From Octopus vulgaris (taxonomy: Eukaryota): DNA of 64,000 nt. The stretch covers positions 146,196,001 through 146,260,000 of the forward strand of contig OX597818.1 in NCBI GenBank assembly GCA_951406725.2, given 5' to 3'. Position numbers and translations under genes: made by a program. A model generated the notes under the pieces. The model was not told where the DNA came from. It did not search any database and saw only the letters and a program-made list of their open reading frames with translations. Positions 1 to 14,270 of this stretch are shown here, piece by piece (the first letter of the stretch is position 1; the number at the start of each line of letters is the position of its first letter).

Positions 1-147
1 CGCGCTAATACCCAGAAGGGCTCGATATGAATCACGACTATAAGATACCCGATTTTGTTTAAACTGCACCGCAAAATGTGGGAGTAGTTAGGAATCTAAA
101 TCATAGGAGACAGACAGCACACAACCTCACTTTTATATATAAAGATA
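1..147 (-). mobile_element. Probable 5' end of a non-autonomous Helitron-like element (continues off the window)
   Basis: Minus strand starts ATCTTTATATATAAAAGTGAGGTTGTGTGCTGTCTGTC, i.e. an A|TC terminus followed by TGTC repeats, resembling 5' ends of invertebrate non-autonomous Helitrons; inference from resemblance only. Confidence 0.4.
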
Positions 148-755
148 TATATGTTGTGTCTGTATAGATAGATAACGGAACATCAACAACCCAGTCTCAG
201 AGGGGTCTGCAAGGATCCTAGGTCTCCAACTCTTTCTGTAGCTAAGCAAATAAAAAAAATACACAGAATATATATATATAATCCTTTGTTTTGCCTGTAG
301 AATCGTTAAGTCCTTCATAACAGCAAACCTGCTGAAAGCTTTATGTACAATCTGTTGAATGGGAAAAAAATTTGCAATATTTCCGTTTTAAATTAATTTT
401 TTTTTTCTTTTCGGAAGTTTATATTTTTAATTTAGTTACGAAAGGTCGTTTGCCTGAAGTGTGTTTTTGTACCCTGGTAATTCTAAAGGCGAAATCCAAT
501 ACGTTTCTGTGTATAATGTTATTGTATATATGTATATATATTACTAAACCTGTGTCGATAGACATCCACACGTGAATGTGTCTATATTTTCACCTTTGTT
601 ATAGCTAGATGTTCACACACGTATTAACATACATACACGAAGCATAAACAATGTCATATATATACTTGGGCAATCTAATATAAATAATAGATGTATATAT
701 ATATATATATATGCATATATGGGTACAGGACCTCACCAACTGTACACGCACGCAT

Positions 756-806
<51 letters not shown>

Positions 807-1049
807 CATACATTACATACGTACATACATACACGAAGCTTAAACAATGTCATATATATATACTTGCAAATATAATAGAAACAGTTTTTAAATTTTCACT
901 CCATTCAGGTACCAATTCGTTTTCTTTATCGCTGTCGGATTCACTGTTTTCACTTTAATAGCTGCAAACTTGCAAAGACAAAGGAGGAGAAGGGTGATAG
1001 CGTCAGTGAAACAGTTCGTTCCCTTTGTGTGTGTGTGCGTTTGCGTGTG

Positions 1050-1267
1050 GTGTAAACCACATTAAGAAGAGCATTTGACATACACACCAGAATGTGAATT
1101 TTCTGTAAATTTTGCTTAATTGGAGTTTAAATTTTAAAAACTGGACCTGGCATGACCCGATGCATTCTACTCTTAAAAATGCTAGGTAAATTGTAATTGA
1201 AGAAATCCTATATTGTAGATTTCTATAACTTACAAAGGGAGGCAGATAAAATCTGCCTTTTATAATA

Positions 1268-1271
<4 letters not shown>
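1050..1271 (-). mobile_element. Possible Helitron-like 5' end with subterminal hairpin
   Basis: Minus strand begins ATCTTATTATAAAA, followed by the hairpin GGCAGAT-TTT-ATCTGCC; abuts (TA)n. Confidence 0.3.
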
Positions 1272-1320
<49 letters not shown>

Positions 1321-1569
1321 CATACATACAAACAAACACGCACACACATATATCTATGCATATGTATATATGCTATATATTTATGTATCATATATATATA
1401 CACATATACATATTCATATACTGTACATACGTAGATAAAGCGATTTATTCACTTAGTGATATAATTACCGTTTCTTTTCAATATCTTCTGCCATCTTCTG
1501 AACAGATCCATTATTCCCTGCCCAAAGAATTTCTTGTCTTTTCTGACAACAATCTTTTCCATTTGATTT

Positions 1570-2030
1570 TTACATTCTCCTGAAATTTAAAGATCTGTGC
1601 ACTCAATGGATTTTGAAGACACCGAAATAAGCAGAAACCTGAAGGCACATGGTCGAGCGAATATGGAGGGTCTGCAAAGACGTATACGGTCTAGCATTGA
1701 TGTGATGATAAACAATGCCCTTACGATTAGGAAATACTGGACATTTCTTTTGGATCACAGCATTTAATTTCTCAAGCACGGCGCAGTAAACATCCCTGGG
1801 CAGAATTTCGCAAAAGAAAACATCCTTCCAATCTTACCAAATTCAAAGAATAACCATCTTCAGGTGAAGTCCTGCTTTGGAGATTGTTTGTGATGGTTCA
1901 CCGCTTCCCCCATGATCGCTAGCGCGATTGTTATAGACGATCCATTTTCGTCCCCAGTCACCATTCTCCTCAAATTAGGGGCTCGTTTCCTTCACGTTTC
2001 TGCAACGAATCGCAAATGGAAAACCATTAA
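1570..2030 (-). pseudogene. Degenerate mariner transposase fragment
   Basis: Minus-strand translation gives RMVTGDE, YHHINARPYTS (HDNARPH-like) and PPYSLDHVPSGFCLFRCLQN (YSPDLAPSDFHLF-like), with internal deletions and frameshifts. Confidence 0.75.
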
Positions 2031-2757
2031 GTGAGGTTACTCTATACATATATTTTGGGTCTAATGGTTGCGAAGGTATGTATATATGTGTTTGGCGGTA
2101 TCGATGATTGCTAGTATTGTCGAGTGATCCTTTGTATTTCATGGATTTCTCACGGCCCCATATTTTGTATGTTGCTTTATGACTCTACTAAGGTTAGTGC
2201 AGAAGAGTTTTTGGACCTTATGGTATTTATAAAGATACAAAGGATATTATCTTGAGCGTTGCTGGAATTCATTTGTTCACTTCATTCTTCTAATGGTCGA
2301 GTACAGAATCTATTCTCTTATTTATTTTGATTCTTATTTTTTGATATTTTTATTTCATTTAATGACGCACACTTATTTACTTATTTGTTAATTTCATTTC
2401 TTAATATTTTATAATTCATTACATTTTCTATTTGCTTTTATTTATTTCTTCTTTTTCCATCGTTATTCTTATATATCTTCTGTCTTTATATACCCCTTTT
2501 CCTTCTTTATCGCTAAAGTTATTTTTCTCCTTTCTACAACTTCATTTATTCTTCTTTGTGTAAACATGGTTCTGATTTTCTAAACCATATTTTTTTAAAT
2601 GCTTGATAATATGATACTGCATAATTACATAACTATAGTTTTTATTATAATTTTACGTAAGCATTATCGAAACAGCTGTCGGAAAATATTATTTGAAATA
2701 TCACTGATACTGCTTCCTGTTATTCTTTCAATCATACGCGCGCATGTACACATCCAC

Positions 2758-2849
<92 letters not shown>

Positions 2850-3156
2850 ACGCGCGCACTCACATACACACATCACACACACACACATACACACATATAT
2901 AATGAATACGAGCGGTTCACTTGTGATCTAAACGAATAGGTACGCTGAGTAAGAGCTATAGTTGGTCGGCCGTTAGGTTCCAAGCTCACAGCTGAGGTTG
3001 CATCTAGGGATCCGTATTAGGGTTCCGTTATAGCAGATATATATCATATTAGAGGAAAAAGCAAAACCAAAGCAGAACGAGTATCTCAAGTCATTTAGAA
3101 TAATTTAATTAGGGTTTTGCTTTCACCTCTAATATCATGTGTGTGTATGCATATAC

Positions 3157-3195
<39 letters not shown>

Positions 3196-4387
3196 AATTC
3201 GTTTGTTCGTTAGTGTTTGTGTGTGAGTGTGTGTGTGTGTGTGTGTGTGCGTGCGTGTGTGTGTAAGTGCGTGCGTGCACATGTGCGTGTTTGCCACAAA
3301 GGTAGTCTTCTAATGGTTTAGAAATTATGCTGCAAAAAGTGCCAAACGCTGCTCATTCGACTGAAAGGCAGCTTGTTTTTTGAGGCACATTTTTTGTACT
3401 TTCAATATTTTTATGTTTACTATTGAAGCGCCTTATAAGGATACATGTAGCAACAGCTTTATATTATAATCACTAAAAGTCGAGGGTTTGCTTTTCGGAC
3501 TTCTTTGCTCTAAAATTTACTGTTGACCATTTGATTAATTTTGGATGACCCTAAACACAATCAAAGTTATCTTTTCGTAGGTTCATCTGTTCTTCTCGAA
3601 CCAGTTGTCCTTGTAGAGAAAAACAATGCAGTTTCTCCGAATGGTTCATGATGATGCTTTTAATGCTATTTAGCACCAGGACAACTCTTATTGAATTTAT
3701 CTTTCAACAAAGGCGTTCCGGCAGTAAGCATCCTATCTTCTTTTCAGTCACTATATATTGAAAACTTCCGAAACCAAAATGAATGTAAATTCTTGAGACG
3801 ACGGGGTGTAGTATGAGTGATATTTGGCATTTAAATTTAGGAGGTTGACACCGGTGCAAAGTTACAATTTGAAGTATCTACCGATACTTTTGATAATTTA
3901 TATATTATTTATAATTTCTCGTCTATGCACTACGTGATAGTCTCGGTTGATTTCGTTAATTTTCGCTTTCGATTTATCTCAATATATCCTTATAAAAGAA
4001 TAAAACAAACCTCCCGATAATTCTGTTAATGTGTCTGAAACATTTGTTTCACTGATTTCGTTCAGAATGAAATAATTGATGATAAGAGTATCGACTTTCC
4101 ATTCAGCTTCGATATGTCTAATAGAGGCTGGGGAGACATACCACCAACCATAGATAATAGATAACGATTGATCATTTTATGAATATGTTGTTCCTTGATC
4201 ACTAAGTGAGTTTTCAACGAGAGATTTTGTATTTTTAGGTTTTGTTATTGTTCCTCTCACCATTGTTTTTGTTTAAATGAGGAGGCGTATAACCGCCAAC
4301 TTGTATATCCTGCCTTTTTTAAGAACTATGTATCAACGACTACATTTTCTCGTACACCAATTTTCATATCATATCATATCTTCTCTT

Positions 4388-4493
<106 letters not shown>

Positions 4494-4494
4494 T

Positions 4495-4809
4495 TAATGA
4501 ACTTGTTAAAAAATTTTATGTTCTTAACATGTTCTTGTTACCAAAGATTGTATATATGTATTGTAGTATTTTGTGACAACCAATATTCTGTGCGTGTATG
4601 AATATACAGATACAATACCAATATTCCACTGAACTTTTTAATAATTCCTTCTGGAAACTATCTTTAACATTTTCTTGAGAATGTATATTTATGTTGTAAT
4701 CTTTTGTGCCCAATATTCTAATGAACTTGTTAAAATTTTTTATGTCCTTAACATGCTCTTGTTACCAAAGACCGTATATATGTATTGTAGCATTTTGTGA
4801 CAACCAATA
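4495..4809. repeat. Direct repeat of ~89 bp (4495-4583 and 4719-4809)
   Basis: TAATGAACTTGTTAAAA...TTTTGTGACAACCAATA occurs twice with few substitutions. Confidence 0.85.
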
Positions 4810-4961
4810 ATTAACACAACCAAACTTTTACATGTTACTTTTGACAATCTTTTTCTAAAGAGTGAAACCGGTAAAGTAAATAAACATCTTTTAAAATTGC
4901 AGTTTCAAACCTTCTTTCGTATATAATTCCACTCGTGCGGTACCTTACAACTCCACTTTGT

Positions 4962-5032
<71 letters not shown>

Positions 5033-5045
5033 GTGTGTGTGTGTG

Positions 5046-5381
5046 AAGGCGCATGGTTCAGTGGTTAGAGCGTCGAGCTTACGATCTTGAGGTTGTGAGC
5101 TCGTATCCCGGACCGGGCTTCGTGTTGCGTTCTTGAGCAAGACACTTTATTTCACGTTGCTCCAGTTCACTCAGCTGTAGAAATGAGTTGCGACCTCACA
5201 GGTGCCAGGCTGTATCGGCCCTTGCCTTTCCCTTGGATAACAATGGTGGCGTGGAGAGGGGAGGACAGAATGTATGGGCGACTGCTAGTCTTCCATAAAC
5301 AATCTTGCCCGGACTTGTGCTTGGGAGGGTAACTTTCTAGGTGCAATCCCATGGTCAGTGTCGGGACCGAAGGGTGTCTCA
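5046..5381 (+). mobile_element. tRNA-derived SINE
   Basis: A-box-like TGGTTCAGTGG, B-box-like GCTCGTATCCC, then the body GTTCTTGAGCAAGACACTTTATTTCACGTTGCTCCAGTTCACTCAGCTG; flanked by microsatellites. Confidence 0.8.
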
Positions 5382-5392
5382 GAATATATAAA

Positions 5393-5427
<35 letters not shown>

Positions 5428-5479
5428 GTTGAGAAAAAGTGCACGTACGCCGCTACATGTGTATATGAATATTAAAAAA

Positions 5480-6121
5480 ATGGAGCAAAAGCGCAATAGA
5501 GGACAATAAAACATCCGGACAGATAAGCAATAGAAAGGCGGACAGGAAAAACAAATAAAAGAGCAGAAAAATAAAAAAAGGACAGTTCATTTGTGGGTTT
5601 CTCTCCTCAGTCAAGTTTCCAGATTGTCCTTACAGTTTCGGGCGGTTACACTTGAGATTGTTCAAATCTGGGTGCCCCACAAAAGTCTAAGCTAAGAGCA
5701 TTAAATTATTTTGTGAAAAAGCAAGCGAATGTGTACGACAACAAAGACAAAAAAACGGAGAACATGTTACACAATTACAAATAACAAGAAAATAACAACA
5801 GGCGTCTTTCGGCAAATCAGGACGAATAAAATTGAACTGGCGTGTATAGAGTGAAAGCTTTGTGGCAGGAACAACTCTTTTTGAATTTACAACTCTTATT
5901 GAATTTACCAACATAAGAGATGTTGGCAGTCGGCAGTCGGCAGTCTCAAGTGTAACCGCCCGAAACTGTAAGGACAATTTGCAAACTTGACTGAGGAGAG
6001 AAGACCACGAATGAACCGTCCTTGTTTTTTTTTCCTGCTCCTCTATTTGTTGCTTTCCTGTCCGCCTTTGTTTCCCCTATCTGTCCGGATGTTTTATTGA
6101 CCTCTATTGAATTTTGTTCCA
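5480..6121. mobile_element. Fold-back element with ~170 bp inverted arms (5494-5660 / 5941-6109)
   Basis: CAATAGAGGACAATAAAACATCCGGACAGATA...CCTTACAGTTTCGGGCGGTTACACTTGAGA is the reverse complement of TCTCAAGTGTAACCGCCCGAAACTGTAAGG...TATCTGTCCGGATGTTTTATTGACCTCTATTG. Confidence 0.85.
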
Positions 6122-6143
6122 TGTGATATATATATATATATAT

Positions 6144-6787
6144 ACCAACGTACTAACAGGTCGAATGGTGATCGGCAGTGATGAAATAGAGGAGGTGAGA
6201 GAATATGTATACCTGGGACAGGAAGTAAATATGTGCCGGGATATCAAAAAGGAGATCTCACGGAGAGTAAGGGCCGGATGGAAGGCGTTCAATGGCATAA
6301 GGGATGTGCTCAAGGGAAGGTTGGACAGGACCACCCGCGCCAGCCATATTAACAGTGCAGTTCTGCCTGCAATGTTATATGGTAGTGAAACATGGGCTAC
6401 CACAAAGAGAGAAGAGCAAAGACTGATAACGGCTCAAAGAGCCATGGAAAGGTCAATGCTTGGTATCTCGTTGAGAGAGCACATAAATAGCAAGATCATC
6501 AGAAAGAAGTCCGGCGTGAGAGATGTCATCGCAGAGTATACTCGCAGCAAGTATAGATGGGCTGGACACGTCGCCCGGCTCACCGATAATCGGTGGACGC
6601 ATGCAGTTGTCGTGTGGTACCCGCGTGAGCGGAAAAGACCACCCGGAAGACCTCCACGACGGTGGAGTGACGATTTCAAGAGGACGATTGGGATCACGTG
6701 GATGAGAAAGGCGCGATCTAGAGAGGAGTGGACAGCGTGCTGTGACCAGCGGTGTCAAATGGACGCCTGACGGACTGGTCGGTCAAA

Positions 6788-6791
<4 letters not shown>
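6144..6791 (+). mobile_element. RTE-clade LINE, 5'-truncated 3' end (C-terminal part of ORF2)
   Basis: ORF 6114-6770: YVYLGQ, EISRRVRAGWKAF, VLPAMLYGSETW, RWAGHVAR, KRPPGRPPRRWSDD, typical of the RTE C-terminus; (TA)n on both sides. Confidence 0.9.
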
Positions 6792-6875
<84 letters not shown>

Positions 6876-6877
<2 letters not shown>

Positions 6878-7894
6878 AGAAATAAAATTGTCGTCGAAAT
6901 TGCGCAAAAATGAAAATAACACTGACATCTCATTTTAACAGATATATTTACCAAAAATTGCATATAAATATCTTGAAATACTAAAATGTAAATTTATTCA
7001 ATAAAATCGCCATTGGCTTCAACCGCGGCCTCCAGACGATTTCGGAATCTCCTGCAACTCTTCTGGACGGTCTCCTTGTTTAAGTTGGTGAATGCTATCA
7101 TAATCCTTGCTTCAGTTCATCTTTGGTGTTACAAGGAGTTTGTTGGTCTCTCGCTCAATTGCGCCCCTCACAAAATAATCAAGGAGTTTGCAGTCCTGGA
7201 AGTTATTTGGCCAGATGTTTGAATTTTATCACTCTCAGTACATGTTTTGGAGACACGGCAAAGCAACGGTTATTTTGTGTGTTCACCATCTGATCGTGGC
7301 TGATACTTTTCTTGTCTGTGAAAAACCAAAGCATGTTCGGTTGGAGGGGATGCTTGAGTTTGTTCATAAGCTTCGTAGCACAGCCTTTCCTCTTGTCCTT
7401 CATGGTTTGGGATAAAAATTGGCCCTTTCTCATCTTGTACGAAGAATATCAATTGTCTTCATGCACTACCTGCCTGATAAGAAACTCAGACGCTCCCTTG
7501 TCCCTTGGAGGGATCGTTGTCAATCATGGGCTGGATCTCACCAACAAATTCAGGTGTTCTTTTCTGATCAGAACAATAGGAGTGTGTTTTCCGAGATGCC
7601 GTACCTTCGTAATCACCATTAGACTCACCTAACTCTTCTCCAGTCCTCTAAACTGCCCTCAGATTGACACCCAAACACCCTGAAATGTTCTTATTGGAAC
7701 TTCCGGCGCGAATGCCAAGCAGTACATCATGTCGTTTCCAAATTTCTGGCAGAGTGAAATGCGCCATAGTACTGTTTTTCTCACAGACAGTGCCCAACTG
7801 ATCCTACTATACTGTGTAGTCAATAAAATTAAAAACAAACAATATACATGCTCGAAATTAAAAATATAAAATGACAATTTACCCACCGCACCCT
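6876..7894 (-). mobile_element. Tc1/mariner-superfamily (maT/DD37D-like) transposon relic
   Basis: LWFFTDKK...NTQNNR and WPNNFQDCKLLDYFV (WPPNSPDxNPLDY-like) on the minus strand; terminus TA|CAGGGTGCGGTGGGTAAATTGTC at 7894. Confidence 0.8.
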
Positions 7895-7895
7895 G

Positions 7896-7947
<52 letters not shown>

Positions 7948-8526
7948 CATGAATACAAAAACACACACATATAAATGGAGATAGATAGATATACACTCGT
8001 ACACATACGCGTACACATCAATATCTTTTCAAATTGCAGGCAATTGGAGTGTTGCATTCAATATATCATGTATGTGATACTCCCTTGTGTCATAACTCTG
8101 AGTTAAACTTTTCTGTTTTTCAAGCAATCGATGAAGAGTAGCAGCGTAAGAATATATAAGAAAATTTTCTAAAACATGCCGTGATATTATTAGTCAAGAG
8201 CATTTCCGTATTTGGTAAGTTGCAGAAATAGATTAGGTTGGAAGCGCTTCACATTCTCATTTATTCATTAGCATATGCCGAAGCACGCAGATAATATCAC
8301 CTAACGAGTAGTAAATGTACAGAACACACAGAATTTCCATTCCTAAAATATGATGCACAGAACATTATGTGAGCAAAAGAAATTACTTTACTTTTATGGA
8401 TAAAGTATTAACGTTGATGAAAATGAAAAGATCTCTGAACTAGGGAGCCATCCGTCCCAGTATGCAAAGGGCATGTACAGGAAATTCAATTTGGTGGAAA
8501 TTTCTCAGTAAATTCAATATATATTT

Positions 8527-8740
8527 GTTTCTACTCTAGGTAACAAGACCTGACGTTTTGGGGGAGGGGCCAGTCAATTAGATCGGTCCCTGTACGCAAC
8601 TGGTACCTAATTTATCAACCCCGAAAGGATGAAAGGCAAAGTCGATATCGGCGGAATTTGAACTCAGAACGTAAAGACAGACGAAATACCGCTAAGCATT
8701 TTGTCCGGCATGCCAACGTTTCTGCCACCACGCCGCCTTA
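8527..8740 (-). mobile_element. tRNA-derived SINE, family A (most abundant in window)
   Basis: CCCGAAAGGATGAAAGGCAAAGTCGA..GGCGGAATTTGAACTCAGAACGT..GCTAAGCATTTTGTCCGGC..TCTGCCA..GCCGCCTT, shared by about 10 copies in the window. Confidence 0.85.
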
Positions 8741-8849
8741 GTAAACTCAAAATATATGCGATTGGAATATCTGTGAGAATTCACTAATTCAGATAATTTA
8801 TTCAAAGCTGGTAAGGCTGCAACAGATGGTTATGTTATTCCAGGTTCAG

Positions 8850-9200
8850 AGATTGTGCCTTCAGGGATAATTGATATTAGGGTATTCTATGATTGACCAG
8901 ACTATATTATGACTGTTAACATTACCATCCTTTATATTCCAGATATATTAGAATAGTAAAGAGTTTTTATGAGTGTATAAAGGAATACAAATATTTGGAG
9001 AATCCGTTTTAAAAAGGATTTTCAATTGGCCCTATAAATATTTCTGCTGCTATCTGTAACAGACCCTTTACTTCAATAAAATAAATTTTTAAGAAGACAT
9101 CAATTTAAGAGGTAGATGTTAGGGATGTTACAATTGCATGGCGAGAAAAAACTGGCATGTTCGCCATAGAAATATTTCTTTCATATTTCTTCTGTTTATA
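8850..9200 (-). pseudogene. Possible decayed Penelope-like GIY-YIG endonuclease fragment
   Basis: Minus-strand pieces CNCNIPNIYLLN and DSSRNIY.G.IEN resemble the Cys linker plus GIY-YIG start of Penelope/Poseidon elements; heavily disrupted. Confidence 0.35.
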
Positions 9201-9425
9201 TGGGCTTCAGAAGCAGTGGAAGCTTCTAGCAGAACAGTAGTTTTCAATTAGCTAACACACATGTATATACGTACATGTGTGCGCGTGCATATATTATTAT
9301 ATTATATTACATTACGTTGTATTATATGTATATAAGTGCAAATATGCGCAAATGTGAGTGTTTGTTTGTGTATGCATGTATGTGTGTGTATGTGTGCGTG
9401 TATTTGACACACACCAATCCATATC

Positions 9426-9700
9426 AGTAGTAGTAGTAGTAGCAGCAGCAGCAGCAGTAGTAGTAGTAGGAGGAGGAGGAGGAGGAGGAGGAGGAGGACG
9501 AGGAGGAGGAAGAAGACGAAGAAGAAGACGAAGAAGACGAAGAAGAAGAAGAAGAAGACGAAGAAGAAGAAGAAGAAGAAGAAGAAGAAGAAGAAGAACG
9601 AAGAAGAAGAAGAAGAAGAAGAAGAAGAAGAAGAAGAAGAAGAAGAAGAAGAAGAAGAAGACGAAGAAGAAGAAGAAGAAGAAGAAGAAGAAGAAGAAGG
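9426..9700. repeat. Compound trinucleotide microsatellite (GTA/GCA/GGA/GAA)n
   Basis: Directly visible. Confidence 0.95.
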
Positions 9701-10119
9701 GATACCATCACGACAACAACAACTACAGCAAGTTGAAGAGAGATTTGCAAACGGAAAAGAGAATCGAAAGAGACTCAAACTAGCGAAAGACATTGTGAAG
9801 ACACACAAAACCAACAACAACAATACGAAGAATAACAAACAGTAGGAGATGGCATTAATTTCGTTAGTGCCATGGCAACTATAAATGTGTAAGCTGATTA
9901 ATACAGAGCTTAGTTCCAGCACTGTAGACGACCTACAATAAATGTACTTAACACCTTACACAGGTAATGGTGGCGTCCTACTGCAGACGATTCTTGATAG
10001 TATTCTTCACATTCGCATTAACATTATTGTTGTTGTTGCTGTTGTTGCTGTTGTTGTTGTTTCTGTTGTTCTCATCGTCGTGATGGTGGAGGTGGCTGTT
10101 ATGGTGGTGGTGGCGGTGC

Positions 10120-10144
10120 TACGATGATGATGATGGTGATGGTT

Positions 10145-10181
<37 letters not shown>

Positions 10182-10325
10182 CGATGATGATGATGATGAA
10201 GATGATGATGATGATGATTTGATGATGATGATGATGATGACGACGACGACGACGACGACGACGATGATGATGATGATGATGTTGATGATGAAGATGATGA
10301 TGATAATGATGATGATGATGATGAA

Positions 10326-10373
<48 letters not shown>

Positions 10374-10403
10374 CGATGATGATGATGAAGATGATGATGA
10401 TGT

Positions 10404-10452
<49 letters not shown>

Positions 10453-10719
10453 CGATGATGATGATGATGAAGATGATGATGATGATGATGATGATCGATG
10501 ATGATGATGATGATGATGATGTTGATGATGATGATGAAGATGATGATGATGATGATGATCGATGATGATGATGTTGATGATGATGATGAAGATGATGATG
10601 ATGATGATGATGATCGATGATGATGATGATGATGATGATGATGAAGATGATGATGATGATGATGATGATCGATGATGATGATGATGATGATGATGATGAA
10701 GATGATGATGATGATGATC

Positions 10720-10759
<40 letters not shown>

Positions 10760-10776
10760 TTGATGATGATGATGAA

Positions 10777-10827
<51 letters not shown>

Positions 10828-10943
10828 AATGATGATGATGATGATGATGATGATGTTGATGATGATGATGAAGATGATGATGATGATGATGATCGATGAT
10901 GATGATGATGATGATGATGATGAAGATGATGATGATGATGATC

Positions 10944-10974
<31 letters not shown>

Positions 10975-11010
10975 TTGATGATGATGATGAAGATGATGAT
11001 GATGATGATC

Positions 11011-11052
<42 letters not shown>

Positions 11053-11057
11053 AGATA

Positions 11058-11098
<41 letters not shown>

Positions 11099-11129
11099 CG
11101 ATGATGATGATGTTGATGATGATGATGAA

Positions 11130-11213
<84 letters not shown>

Positions 11214-11244
11214 AATGATGATGATGATGATGATAATAATGATA

Positions 11245-11312
<68 letters not shown>

Positions 11313-11313
11313 A

Positions 11314-11345
<32 letters not shown>

Positions 11346-11400
11346 AATGATGATGATGATGATGATAATAATGATAATAATGATGATGATAATGATGATA

Positions 11401-11444
<44 letters not shown>

Positions 11445-11448
11445 AATG

Positions 11449-11494
<46 letters not shown>

Positions 11495-11496
11495 TG

Positions 11497-11544
<48 letters not shown>

Positions 11545-11545
11545 T

Positions 11546-11631
<86 letters not shown>

Positions 11632-11765
11632 AATATGATGATGATGATGATGATGATGATAATGATCGATGATAATGATGATAATATATGATGATGATGA
11701 TGAATGATGATGATATGATGATGATGATGATGATGATGATGATATAATAATGATGATGATGATGA

Positions 11766-11839
<74 letters not shown>

Positions 11840-11882
11840 CGATGATGATGATGATGATAATGATGATGATGATGATGATAAT

Positions 11883-11920
<38 letters not shown>

Positions 11921-12078
11921 ATGATGATGATGATGATGATGATGATGGATGGTGATGATGGATGATGATGATGATGATGATGATGAAGATGATGATGATG
12001 ATGATGATGATCGATATAGATGATGATGATGATGATGATGATCGATGATGATGATGATGATGATGGTGGTGATGATGG

Positions 12079-12133
<55 letters not shown>

Positions 12134-12135
12134 CA
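10120..12135. repeat. ~2 kb (GAT)n array with an (AAT)n block and recurrent variant units
   Basis: Directly visible; variants GAA, GTT and GATC recur. Confidence 0.95.
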
Positions 12136-13720
12136 TTGTGGTGTTGATGGTGGTGGTGGTCTTAATGATTCTATTGAGAGTGATGAAATTGTTAGTTTCC
12201 ATGATAATAAGAATATTGTTGTTGTTGTAGTTGTTGGGTGGTGGTTGTGATTGTGGTGGTGGTGGTGATGTTGTTGTTGTGTTGATGGTGGTGGTGGTAG
12301 TGGTGTTGAGGATGCTGATGGTGATGTTACCATTGAGTTTGAAGGTACGGATAATATTACTGGTGATGGTGGTGTTGATGGTGATGGTGATGGTGATGGT
12401 GGTGGCGTTCTACTGCAGACTATTCTTGGTTGTGATTCTTTCATTGGCGTTAACAACGTTGTTGTTTTTGTTGCGATCGTCGTCAACGTCGTCGTCGTCG
12501 TCGTGACGGTGAAAGGTGGAAGTGGTGGTGGTCCTGATAATGACTGTATTTGTAGTGGAGGTGAATTGTTAATCTTGATAATAACGGGTATGCTGGTAGT
12601 GGTGGTAGAAATAATGATGGCAATTTGCGTTGGTGGGGGTGGTGGTGGTGATGGTGGTGGTGATGATGATGTTGATGACGACGACGGCGACGATGATGAT
12701 GATGATGGTGATGACGACGACGACGACGACGACGATGATGATGTAACTCGTTGTGATAGTGGTAGTGGTGGTGGTGGTGATGTTGCACGATGTTGTTGCT
12801 GATGCTGTAATCGGTGGTAGTGTTGGTGATCTTGCTGCTGCTGATTGCAGAGATGATGGTAGCAACGGTGGTGGTGGTGGCGGTGGTGGCTGTGATGTTG
12901 CTGCTAGTTTGTAATGGTGGGGACACTGATGGTGTTGTGGGTGATGATAGTTGTAATGGTGGTGGTGGTGGTGATGGTTGTGATGGTGATGTGGTTATAT
13001 TGAAAACCATGATGTTAGTAGAAGCGGAGATGGTTGTGATGTTGATGGTAACAATGTTGTTTTAGTTGTTGTTGTTGTTATTGCTATTGTTGGTAGTAGT
13101 AGTAGTGGTAGTGATGGTAATACTGTTTAACAGTGTTATTGATGGTGATGATGATGATTATTATAGTGATTTTGATGGTGGTAATTAATGGTAATGATGG
13201 TACTGGTAATAATAATACGAGTGATTCTGTAGCGAAGATGCTGGTGATGGTTTTGGTGGTGGTGATGGTGGTGGTGGTGGTGATGGTGGTGGTGGCGACG
13301 ACGGCGGCGGCGGCGGTGGTGGCGGTGGTGATGATGAGGATGAGGATGAGAATGAGGAGGATCGTGATATTGATGCTGCTGATGGGTGTGATCGGAATGC
13401 TGACGATGAGGTTGTGACGATTGCGGTCCTGATAATTGTGACTACGATGACGGCCATTGTTTGGTTTGTTACGACCGTTTTATTGCTGGTATTTCAATTT
13501 CTATTGTTGATGGCCGTTCTTCCAACACGTGGTTCATAATAATTAGCATCTTTCTGGGCTTTTCTATCCTTCTCATTCATCATTATCATCAGTGTCATTG
13601 TCATTATCTCATTATCGTCATTGTTATTGTCGTCATCGCTATTACTACCGTCCCTTATCTAACCTTTCTATATCTCTTGCTCCCCCCCCCCTTCTCATCC
13701 CTCTTTACCATCATCATTAT

Positions 13721-13751
<31 letters not shown>

Positions 13752-13890
13752 AGCAGCACCTTGAACAACAATCACTACAATCATCACTACCGCCACCATT
13801 ATCATCTTCACAAAGCAACCACTACCACTACCACCACCACCATCACCATCACAAACATCACCATCATCCTCATCATCACCACATTGTCGT
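12135..13890. repeat. Decayed trinucleotide low-complexity region (GGT/GAT, switching to ATC/ACC after ~13570)
   Basis: Directly visible. Confidence 0.85.
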
Positions 13891-14215
13891 CATAACATTA
13901 CCATCGCGCAAGTGTGCATGCATGCGCGCGCGCGTTCGTAAGTGTCTGCGTGTGTCACAGGCCTCCTCCGAAGGCGCAGACCTTTCTAGTCTTGCGGCTG
14001 TCGTTTCTCTTCTCTTCTAGGGCTTGCGCTCATCTATGGACAAGCTGAAACACACTACATGTCAGTGTGCGAAAGACGATTTATAAAGAATGCCCATCTG
14101 GTTTTATCTGCGTATGAAACACACATAGCCTTGCTTGTAGTCCTGTGTAGTGGTCTTGTGCACGATCGGTATTGATTGCCCGTTCGGGAATGTGAGGTGT
14201 TCGTATGAGCGGTTT

Positions 14216-14270
14216 GCCAGTTCAGAAATGAGCCAGTTCAGAAATGAGCCAGTTCAGAAATGAGCCAGTT
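14216..14270. repeat. 16 bp tandem repeat GCCAGTTCAGAAATGA x3.4
   Basis: Perfect copies visible. Confidence 0.9.

Noticed and set aside
5046-5120. tRNA genes (also at ~29115-29186)
   Set aside because: The tRNA-like heads run directly into SINE bodies and the cloverleaf is imperfect.
10007-12202. 731 aa ORF and other poly-Asp/Met/His/Ser ORFs
   Set aside because: Translations of (GAT)n that lack stops in some frames; no domain content.
14216-14270. CRISPR-like repeat
   Set aside because: Head-to-tail 16 bp tandem without spacers; eukaryotic context with no cas genes.
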